From Octopus sinensis (Eukaryota), in contig NC_043004.1 of the NCBI RefSeq assembly GCF_006345805.1, positions 29,388,001-29,452,000 of the forward strand: a DNA stretch of 64,000 nt. Direction: 5' to 3'. This document shows positions 1 to 11,158 of this stretch, piece by piece (the stretch's first letter is position 1; each line of letters opens with the position of its first letter). The translations under genes were made by a program, and so were the position numbers. Under the pieces are notes generated by a model that made no database searches, was not told the origin of the DNA, and saw nothing but the letters and a program-made list of their open reading frames with translations.

Positions 1-48
1 AAAGCGCTTATCATTTTTATTTTGTCATTGGGTTGCATAATTTCTCTC

Positions 49-52
<4 letters not shown>

Positions 53-121
<69 letters not shown>
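53..121. repeat. (TA)n microsatellite, one of many TA/CA/GA/AAT/AGT/TAGA tracts in the window
   Basis: Direct reading of the sequence. Confidence 0.98.
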
Positions 122-126
<5 letters not shown>

Positions 127-327
127 GTTAATCCAAACATGAAAGCACAAAAAAAAACACAACAACGCGAGGACGTGGAACAAATATAGTAATATTGGAC
201 GCTCAGGAAAGAAGGAAAGAAGGAGGGTCTACGTTTCGAGCGGAGCTCTTCGTCGGAAACATAGGAGAAGGAAAGATCCAGAGAAGGGAAAACAGAGGAA
301 AAAAATCGCCAACGATACACACACGGT

Positions 328-330
<3 letters not shown>
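122..330 (-). mobile_element. Short non-autonomous PLE-derived repeat embedded in (TA)n; second copy at about 26400-26580
   Basis: Clearly homologous to 26400-26580 (agttaatccaaac...acgtttcgagcggagctcttcgtcggaaacatagg). Both copies are flanked by TA tracts and carry a hammerhead-like core on the minus strand. Confidence 0.7.
226..260 (-). ncRNA. Minimal hammerhead-like motif, variant core (CCGACGA plus extra A)
   Basis: Minus strand reads GTTT CCGACGA A GAGC-TCC-GCTC GAAA CG T A GACC. Stem I is poorly paired in this copy. Confidence 0.4.
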
Positions 331-390
<60 letters not shown>

Positions 391-396
391 GGTGTA

Positions 397-452
<56 letters not shown>

Positions 453-496
453 TGGAATGGACTAAGCGGAATAGGAGCGTACAAGAGGATGGAAAG

Positions 497-540
497 TGTC
501 GCTGAAGAGGTCACAGATGTGTGACGAAAGATTTCGGACA
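497..540 (+). ncRNA. Minimal type-I hammerhead ribozyme motif
   Basis: TGTCG CTGAAGA(502-508) G GTCACA-GATG-TGTGAC GAAA(526-529) GATTTC GGACA. Stem II is 6 bp and stem I is TGTC/GACA with a G-G mismatch next to the core. Confidence 0.65.
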
Positions 541-656
541 ATAGACATGAGTTAAACTAAAAACAGTAATAAACGAGTGACGAACGAATATATATTGTGC
601 ATGCGTTTATTTGGGGAAAAAATGACCCTCCCGAAATAAGACAATATGTGAATTTT

Positions 657-704
<48 letters not shown>

Positions 705-712
<8 letters not shown>

Positions 713-1190
713 AGGGAAGATATTGATATTAATAAATTAAAACCAGTGGCTTAACATATTTAAAAAATCCAAAGATTAAAAATTATATTACACACAAAAT
801 TAAGAGGAAGACTACAAAAGTGGACTCCTAATATGCTAAATGTAGACGTCAAATCGCCTTACCACGAATGTTCTGAACAAAAATTTCAGCAAAACGCCTG
901 GATGTAAAAATGAGCTAGGGAAATGAAAATATACCAAATAAAAAACAATTACCTACGTACCAATGGTTTCACTTGTTAAAATTTACGAATATAAATATCT
1001 GCAGGCTCATCGGCGTAGTCTGTCGCTTTCAAAACACAATTTCCAGAACTAGACAAAACTCTATATTTGGCATATTAGGTGTCCACTTTGATGGTCATTC
1101 CTCTAAATTTTGTATATAATATTTTTTATAAATATGCTAAGCCACTGGTTTTAATTGATTAATATCGATTTCTATCCTCATTATTTAATT
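705..1190. repeat. Diverged inverted repeat of probable PLE-derived sequence (arms about 705-848 and 1058-1190)
   Basis: aaaccagtggcttaacatattt and aaagtggactcctaatatgctaaat recur as near reverse complements in the right arm. Confidence 0.75.
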
Positions 1191-1267
1191 TTTAAATAAC
1201 AATATTCTCTAACCGGTAAATTAGCTGCAGAAATTTATTAACTGCAGAGTTATTTCCGGCCTATATA

Positions 1268-1331
<64 letters not shown>
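1268..1331. repeat. (AGT)n microsatellite
   Basis: Direct reading. Confidence 0.97.
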
Positions 1332-1332
<1 letters not shown>

Positions 1333-1543
1333 AAGCAGAGATGGCAGAATCGTTAGTACCCTGGCTAAATATTTAGCGGCGTTTCGTCAGTCTTTACGTT
1401 CTGAGTTCAAACTCTACCGAGGTCGACTTTGCCTTTCATCCTTTCGGGATCGTTAAAATAAGTGCCAGTGAAACACGGAGGTCGATGTAATCGGCTAGTC
1501 CCCTCCCACAAAATTTCAGGTCTTGTGCCTTTACTAGAAAAGG
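1333..1543 (+). mobile_element. tRNA-derived SINE, family A
   Basis: ggcagaatcgttag...gttcaaactctaccgaggtcgactttgcctttcatcctttcggg, homologous to the copies at 16478, 57485 and 62413. Confidence 0.9.
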
Positions 1544-1569
1544 CATGATGTATGTGCGTATGTGTGTGC

Positions 1570-1622
<53 letters not shown>

Positions 1623-1759
1623 TGTGTGTACGTGATTGTAATTTATGCACGTCCACAAATTAGCACGCATGTCGCTTCAATTTTAGGAGGACATTCGTCA
1701 ACAACCTATCTGGGTTTTGTCAACTTATTTTCTTTCCGAGGCACCCGCGGATAGCGGCA

Positions 1760-2070
1760 AAATTCTATTTTCAGCCATAGCTTTTAGCCATGAAAAATAT
1801 CAGCCATAGCTTTTTGACGGCGTCTAACAAAAGAGAAATAAGATAAAGAGAAGTGGAAGAAGGAGGCAGAGAGTTTCACGGGAAAGACAAAGTGAGAGAG
1901 GGAGAGAGAGAGAGTAAGTGATGACGTTCATAAAAAATAAAATGTGAAATGTTTGGGGGTTTTTTCGCCCAAATTTGACGTCGATATTACTTAGATTGGT
2001 TTGAAATAAAGAACTTGATTAGCTTAATAATCGTAACTTGATCCCGGGCAAGGCCGGGTTATACTGCTAC
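1760..2070 (+). mobile_element. Non-autonomous Helitron-like 3' end
   Basis: cccgggcaaggccgggt hairpin at about 2043-2059 followed by atactgctac (degenerate CTAG terminus). The 5' boundary is uncertain. Confidence 0.55.
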
Positions 2071-2961
2071 TCATTATTATTATTGATTTATTGTTTAAGT
2101 GTATGGCATTGTGTTGCATATTTACGAACGTTATAAATGGCATGACTGTAAGCAAGCGACGTAAGATATATTTCTGTGTTTTTATTTTCTATCCATTATT
2201 TTGATTTTCTTGATTTCTCTTTCTAGAAATAATTACTAAGAAGCATATATGTGTAACCGTATAGGAGGTTACGTATGTATATACGTGAACTCACGTATGG
2301 GTGTGTGGGTGTGTGAGTGTATACGTGTGCGTTTGTGTGTGTGTATGTTTGTGTGTGTGTGCGTCTGTGTGTTTGTGTGTGTGGAACAATGCAGATTACA
2401 TTGTAGGTGGTTGTATAAGGAAATCCTTGGTGGTGAGTGAGTAAACATACACGCTAACCTGTCGTTTCCTATAATTTCTCTGAAATACATTAAAGCCGGA
2501 CGATAATGAATTAACTCTAAATAAAAATTTATCCTAGTCTTAAGATGGGACATACGGTTTATTGGGGGGTGGGAAGGAGTCTATTTGGGTTTTAAAACGG
2601 TTGACATGTGCTGAAATTGACAGTCACAACCTAATTATTAACTTTAATCGTGCTTTTCTTTTTCTTCTTCCCTTTAGTTTCTAGTCGTTCTAATTCTTCC
2701 TTATAATCTGGCCGTTAGATAGCATAGAAGTTTATAGTCAAACAAGCCCTCTTTGTATTATTATTTTTTATTATTTTGATCTCATGTGTCTATTTTTTAT
2801 CGATGTGTTTTGTATTTTAATTGTACATGTATCTTGTCTCTCACTGAATCTATGGTTTTAGTTTTGGATGTAAACTGCTAAAATGACGCATCACTCTGGT
2901 TATACATTATTAAAGTGAGTAAAATGGTGAAAATATATTAACGAGGAACTTGTTTCAACAG

Positions 2962-3064
2962 TCACTTCTTGAAGAGGTGCGTTCTTCACCTAGGATGTAA
3001 GATGACTGCACAACATCTCACCTATGAACTACAGTGCGAGAATGCGTCGAAACAATTGTAGTGG
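2962..3064 (+). ncRNA. Degenerate long-stem-II hammerhead relic
   Basis: TTGAAGA(2969-2975) GGTGCGTTCT...AGAATGCGTC GAAA(3049-3052) CAATTG TA GTGG. C3 is altered and the stem I register is shifted. Confidence 0.55.
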
Positions 3065-3389
3065 TTTTGAATAAAGAATCTCGTCAATTCCATTTTATAC
3101 CATTTATCTATTTATATAAACTATATGGGTACTGTGGAATTCCTGAAATATATCCAATAGCATGTGCATTTCCACTGTATCATGACGTTAGGTAGCCAAT
3201 AACTGTGGACGAGCTTTACACACCATTCTACAAGGTTCTTACCCAAATCTCACTTAACTATATATTGGTGTGTTTGTGTGTGTTTGTGTGTGTATTGTTC
3301 ATTAGATATTAAGTCTTCCTCCGCATTCTGTTACTATAACGTTTAAATTACCTCTTTCAATATTTGTAGTTATCTCAGTTCTGCGAGAT

Positions 3390-3560
3390 ATCACCGGATA
3401 CCTTGATACAAACCTTCAGCGAGTCGTCTCTTGCCATATCCACGCCATCACAGCCAGATACCCAAAGTATAGATATACACCTGGTTTTGATGCACAATTT
3501 CTTATACCACTGTTACGAATGCTCCCTGTTTGGCTCTCGGATCGGATTTCAATATTCAAA
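3390..3560 (-). mobile_element. Possible PLE GIY-YIG relic
   Basis: Frameshifted minus-strand reading resembles CDGV(Y)IGKTTRSLKVxIK. Heavily decayed. Confidence 0.35.
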
Positions 3561-3932
3561 CCGGAACCACCTGCTGGACTTAAAACTGTTAAAACACAAT
3601 AAAACAAACATTTTCAAACATTTTATTTTATTCTTCAACTTTTTAATAATTCTTGCACGAAGATATTTCATTTTTAACATAATTTTTTTAATTTTCTAAA
3701 TAAAGTTCATGTCTTAACTTCATGTTTCAGTGTTATATGTCATATATAAATAAATGTCTGCAGACAGTTAAGATGCGTAGAACCGAAAGAGACGATGAAA
3801 TGACGTACAACTCATTTTAATATTCAAAGGAACACCAATTTACAATATTTTTTGCTCACTTTTAAAATATACCTGCCAAAAAGGTTTGGGTTTCCATTAC
3901 TAAGACTACGCCCAGGTTTTATCATTCTACAA

Positions 3933-4620
3933 TATGAGTGTGGTCTGAAAGGTTCATATGCTGACTATGAAGGAATGATGCATGAGCTATGAAATCTTGC
4001 ATGCATTAATTTCATCCTTTCTTATTAATAATTGTGTTGTTTTTTCCAGCTAAACTGACATCTAACTGTTCAAAGTAGACTTCAAAAGTAACTAGTAGCG
4101 ACTTTTCTTGAAAATCGACAAAATTTGGCATTGTAATGTTATCAAGTACTTGCAGAGAAAGGATTTATCCCCCAACGACGTTCATGTTGACCTGGCTGCT
4201 ACATTAGGGTATGACGCATAAGGTCTGGACATCCTGCAACTGCCACCACCAAGGAAAACATTGATCATGTTCACCACATGGTGATGGATGACAGGCGATT
4301 TACTATAAATCAAATAACCAATGCTGTTAGCATATCTTGTGAGAGAGATGAGTATATTCTGTACAATGAACTTGTCATGACGAAGGTTTCTGCCCTTTGG
4401 GTGCCACGTCTTCTAACCCCTGATCAAAAGCGCACCAGGCTGATCACATCACAGGAATATCTGATATTGTTTCAGGCAGATCCAGCTGGTTTCCTTCAGC
4501 ATTTCCGAATCCAGGATGAATGTTGAATTCATCACATTGAGCCTGAGATCAAGAGATAATACATGCAGTGAAAACAGTCCTCCTCCCCTGCTCCAAAGAA
4601 CACCAAGGTCGCTTCGTCTA
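3933..4620 (+). mobile_element. Mariner transposase pseudogene, internally deleted and 3' truncated
   Basis: ORF 4278-4526 contains WVPRLLT and continues QDEC*IHHIEPE. Upstream reads ...VIKYLQRKDLSP and RSGHPATATTKENID. Confidence 0.92.
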
Positions 4621-5708
4621 AGATATACAAGAAATTTAATATTGAGATTTTTTGTTCTTGTTTTAATTTGATTTGCTTGAACATTTTTGTGCTTTTTGGG
4701 GGAGTGGAGTCATAAAAACAACTCTCCTTTGAAGTTATAAGTTATTACCTCGTCGTAGAGTCTGGGTGCAACGCTTAGCACTCACTCAGCTGTATCCTTC
4801 TTATAATGGGGATTCGGTGTCTGGTCGTGTATCGCGACGCTGTTTTCATAAGTGGGAGTGTGAAAAACCACAGTGAGACATGCACAAATACAACTACACA
4901 TACATATGTACTCAAATTGTATAGATAGATCAACACAAACGTGCGCACGTGCACGCACATAGGATCCTACCTATGAACAGATATATGGAGGACAGGTGTA
5001 GAAAATTGACTACTTTGAAGTAATTTACAGTAATTTAATTGGAAGTGCTTTGTTCATTGCCTATAGTGAAGTAATTAAAGAATCATTTGACTTTACTTTA
5101 AAACAAAAGTTTATGATGTTTTTTCTGACTTGTATTCAGTTTGGTTCCAAGTGAATAAGGAGAATATTAGTGATAGGTATCCTTTATATACAGCACTTTT
5201 TATTTTTTTAACATGATAGTTTGACTCTAAGTCAAACAGATGAGTAATTCAAAGTAAAGCTTAGTAAGTGTAGCAACCATGGTATTATAGGTACGGATTT
5301 TTAAACCCCAAAACGATATTTACGAGGTTTCTATTCTGTATTTTCAGATTTGTCTTTCAATTATTATTACTAATTCATCAGTTGAATAATTCATATTACA
5401 TCGCCAGTCGAGCCCTAAATAGGCTCTACAACAAACAAGCTATATATTTAACTTGACTTTTATCTCACCGTGTGTATTTGTGTTTCCCTAATCATTGCAA
5501 TACTAATAATCAGGTGTAGAATTCAATATGCAGTTCTTCAGAACGAAGAGTTAGTCGAGTATAGAGTGGTAAAAAGAAATTGAGAAAGGAATACACAGTT
5601 ATATTATGGACCTCATGAGCTTACAGTTAAGCTAATAAAGTTCATAAGATATTTGTTTGTTTCTTTGTCATTCACATTTCCTTATATATACAAGGGGTGA
5701 CTGAGTGG

Positions 5709-6110
5709 AGGCGCAGGAGTGGCTGTTTGGTAAGTAGCTTGCTTACCAACCACATGATTCTGGGTTCAATCCCACTGCGTAGCTCTTTGGACAAGTGTCT
5801 TCTACTATAGCCTCTGGCCGACCAGAGACTTGTGAGTGGATTTGGTAGACGCGAATTGTGTGTGTGTTTGTGTGTATGTGTGTGTGCATATGTTTGTGTG
5901 TCTGTGTTTGTCCCCCAGCATCGCTTGACAACCGATGCTGATGTGGTTACGTCCCCGTAACTTAGCGGTTCGGCAAAAGAGTCCGATAAAATAAGTGCTA
6001 CGCTTACAAAGAATAAGTCCTATGGTCGATTTGTTCGACTAAAGGCGGTGTTCCAGCATGGTTGCAGTCAAATTTCTGAAACAAGTAAAAGAATAAAAGA
6101 ATAAAAGAAT
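5709..6110 (+). mobile_element. tRNA-derived SINE, family B, with internal CA/GT tract and (TAAAAGA)n-like tail
   Basis: aggcgcaggagtggctg..ggtaagtagcttgcttaccaaccacatg..gggttcaatcccactg head; homologous to the copies at 24807 and 63188. Confidence 0.92.
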
Positions 6111-6365
6111 ATGGTGGTTGTATATTCCTTATGCAGAGTCTGACCACCTCTTGTACATACACATTAGGCCCATCATGGCGTCTGAAGTGAGATTTTTTAA
6201 ACCAGACAATGTATTGAAAAGACACCCACATATATTGCATATCCAATTTGGAACACCAAAAGATGCAGTTAAGTTTTAATCTTTGAGGCTTCCGTTAGAT
6301 TTTCAGGCCTTATGGCATACATGACATTGAATGGTGTGCACAGATATATAGGCAGAATGGTTAGC

Positions 6366-7408
<1,043 letters not shown>

Positions 7409-9070
7409 GGGCTTACTAACGATTGTCAAACAATACAGTGATGACATCAGAATGCAATTTGGCCTCGATAGTGTGCAAAAGCTACCTTTATCAAAGGAAA
7501 AATGACAGAAACATCTAACGTTAACCTTGACCAGCAGAATGTCATTAAATAATTAGACCCAGCGGAGAGCTACAGGTACCTAGGGGTAATTGAAGGGGAC
7601 GGAATAAGGCATTCAGAGATGAAGGAAAGGATCAGGAGCGAATGTTATCGCAGAGTAAGAGCAATACTCAAGACAGAACTGAATGCGAGAAACAGGATCG
7701 AAGCGATCAATGCTTTAGCTATACCAGCCGTGACTTACAGTTTCAATATCGTTAACTGGTCAATTACTGAAATATGTAATCTTGACAGAAAAATACGAAA
7801 ACTGTTGACAATGCATAGAATGCACCACCCTAAGGCAGATACAGAACGACTTTATCTGCCAAGAAAAGAGGGAGGCCGTGGACTCTTACAACTGGCAATA
7901 ACAATGAAGATTGCTACAATTGGCCTAGACACCTACCTGAAAAACTCTGAGGACTGGATGTTAAAACTTGTCTCAAAACATGAAAACAAGAAAGCTTCAT
8001 ACTCAGTAATAAAACAGGCAAAGGAATATCTAAGTGAATTCCAAATACAACAAATTTCGGAACTAGAGATAGACATACAAGAAACAAGCACAGAAAAAGC
8101 TAAGCGCATGAAAACCCGTGCTAAAACTGCGGCCTTAGATATTCTGAATGATAAATGCAAGAAAAACCTCTCTATGGCAAATACTCAAAGAGAGTGAATA
8201 ATGCAGATGTTGACAAAGCCCTGACGCATCAATGGCTAATGGCCTCTGGCTTAAAATCTGAAACAGATGGATTTATCATAGCAGCTCAAGATCAATGCCT
8301 ACCAACAAGAAACTTCCAGGACAACATATTAAAGAACGGCAGTAGCCCAACATGTCGTGTATGTCAACAACAAAATGAAACCATTGATCATGTTGTCTCC
8401 AAGTGCAGTCTTCTAGCGCCTACAGAGTATCTCAACGGGCATGATAGAGCTGCACAATATATTCACTGGGTAATTTGCAAAAACCTGGATTTGCCCCATG
8501 AAAAAAACTGGTGGGAACACAAACCACCTCCAGTGCTTGAAAATGACCACATCTCTGGAACTTCACCACTCAAACTGACAGAAAGATCGATGCAAATAGG
8601 CCAGACATCATATTGAAAGACTTCAGACAAAGAACATGCCTCCTCATTGATATGACTGTCCCAATCGATATGAACGTATCTGTCCAGACCTACCAAAAAC
8701 TGAGCAAATATAAAGAAATAGAAATCAGCAAAATGTGGAACCTGTTGTCAGAGGAACCTGTTGTCAGAGGTGCCCTGGTAATGATAGCGAAAGGGGCTGA
8801 TTGCTACCTAACTCAGATACAAGGAAACCCCAAAATGGCAGAAATTCAAAAGATAATGCTCATATCCTACGCAAAATACTTTCTATGTAATCTCAAGGTT
8901 TAAAACAAACATTTTTTTAGACATTCACTAGTACAACACCCAAAAAAACAAATACATGGCACTCTAGGCATAAAAACAACGTGAACTTCCAACCTGTTGT
9001 CTCTTGAGGTCTCTAGGTGAGACTTGGAGCCAACTTGTACAAATATAAAGCAAAAGTCAAACATAGAATA
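7409..9070 (+). mobile_element. R4/Dong-clade RLE LINE, from the RT C-terminus to the RLE, frameshifted
   Basis: ORF 7619-8197 has RLYLPRKEGGRGL. ORF 8155-8616 has GLKSETDGFIIAAQDQ and CRVC..ETIDHVVSKC. ORF 8613-8903 has LLIDMTVP..KLSKY. Confidence 0.94.
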
Positions 9071-9093
9071 ATAATAATAATAATGATATTATA

Positions 9094-9153
<60 letters not shown>

Positions 9154-9155
9154 GC

Positions 9156-9192
<37 letters not shown>

Positions 9193-9193
<1 letters not shown>

Positions 9194-9630
9194 GTACGAT
9201 TATAATTGTAACGGCAATGATGGCCGTCTCCCCACGAGCCAATCAAAGCTAAAAAATGATAACATTATCGTAGCACCAAAATGTTTTTGGAAACTAAAAG
9301 GAAAACTAAATCAGTATACCAAATCGCTTGTCCTATGGTTAATCTGGAAGCGCGTCCCCCAGGGAAGAGCCAGCCTGGGATCGAAAAGTCATCAACTGGC
9401 ACATCTCTTCTCCGAATACGGACATGGATGGTCACTTGAACGGGAAATCCCCCAACTCGAGCCCTCCAAGTTCACCACCACAACCACCACAGAAAGAAAA
9501 ATGTAAGCGGAACAAATGGACCCGAGAAGAGTATAAAGAAGTAATATACGCTTATTACTATGCATTAGGTAGGCCATCTCAAGAGAGACACACCGCAAAC
9601 TCCTACAGTATATGGAGAGAACGAACTATT
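9193..9630 (+). mobile_element. 5' UTR and ORF start of an R4/Dong-like element
   Basis: ORF 9424-9666 contains KRNKWTREEYKEVIYAYYYA...YSIWRER, resembling the N-terminal motif of R4/Dong ORFs. It follows an (AAT)n tract. Confidence 0.65.
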
Positions 9631-9883
9631 GAGTTTGGTTTAATGGCCTACCAATGTATACTATGAGTTTCTTTGCCCTAGGGGTCGGGAAGACACTCGG
9701 CAAGAAATGGAAGCAAATTTGAAAGAAGAAAAAAAAAATAATAATAATAATAATAAAGCTGAAATGAAGACCAAGTAACCAAGTATATATCGTGTGTGGT
9801 TAATTGACAAATATATATGACAGTCCCCAAATATAACAATACATAGATGTATATATACATGTATACACACACAAACACATTCA

Positions 9884-9963
<80 letters not shown>

Positions 9964-10060
9964 TAATAATATAGGGTGAAATTAATTAATTTGGAATAAT
10001 CATTAATTTCACCAAGTAGATTTCGGCATGTAAAAGCCTCATTCGAGGAAAGTTTAAGTA

Positions 10061-10498
10061 ATACTAAGTAATTAAGGGTTTAGCAACGATTTGCCTCACC
10101 ACACACCGAATTTAGAAATAGCAGTGAAAGAGTTATAGCTATTCTTTCTACTAAAAGGGAGATCTCAGTAAAACCGCAGCACTTGAAAGGCAAACACAGA
10201 CAGGCAAGAGAGAAGGAAATGACGGCAATCTATCATACAATTTTAAGTCACCTACGAAATCCAATGAATCTTTATACATTTATACAGTTAGGAAATTTTA
10301 CAAATACACTTTTTCAAGGAGAAATGTTAAACCTATTATAATGGGTAATACTCTCTTGCCTGTCTGTGTTTGCCTTTCAAGTGCTGCGATTTTACTGAGA
10401 TCTCCCTTTTAGTAGAAAGAATAGCTATAACTCTTTGACTGCTATTTCTAAATTCGGTGTGTGGTGAGGCAAATCGTTGCTAAACCCTTAATTACTTA

Positions 10499-10502
<4 letters not shown>
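10061..10502. repeat. Inverted repeat with 152-bp arms (10061-10212 and 10351-10502)
   Basis: The arms are reverse complements with about 2 mismatches by eye. The spacer segment 10255-10352 is repeated directly at 10797-10894. Confidence 0.95.
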
Positions 10503-10549
<47 letters not shown>

Positions 10550-10612
10550 ATGTATGTATACATACATGTATATATATATATGTGTGTGTGTATTTATATA
10601 TGTGTATATATG

Positions 10613-10687
<75 letters not shown>

Positions 10688-10951
10688 TAAATATACATAT
10701 ATACATATATTTGTATGTATGTATATACAAAATATAACCCATTCCAATCTATTTAACATTCACATGTTGACTGGTGATACAGTATGGGCAGATTTTCGAA
10801 ATCCAATGAATCTTTATACATTTATACAGTTAGGAAATTTTACAAATACACTTTTTCAAGGAGAAATGTTAAACCTATTATAATGGGTAATACTACATGT
10901 GCTTTTCATATTTTTTATGTTGTGATATAACTCTTTGGAATAACAAGGTTT

Positions 10952-11042
10952 GCGGCTGAAGAGAGCTTTAAACCATCTTTTATATCAATAATACACTGAT
11001 GTAATAATAGATTGTTTATAAAGCTTGAAACACGTGTACCGC
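10952..11042 (+). ncRNA. Type-I hammerhead ribozyme motif with long stem II
   Basis: GCGG CTGAAGA(10956-10962) GAGCTTT...AAAGCTT GAAA(11027-11030) CACGTG TA CCGC. Confidence 0.8.
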
Positions 11043-11075
11043 GATATCCTTTGTGTTCTGTTTTTAATTTTATTT

Positions 11076-11158
<83 letters not shown>

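Noticed and set aside
10021-10050. Minus-strand CGAATGA GGC-TTTTACAT-GCC GAAA resembling a hammerhead
   Set aside because: Two core mismatches and no convincing stem I or cleavage triplet. It may be a decayed relic but cannot be supported.
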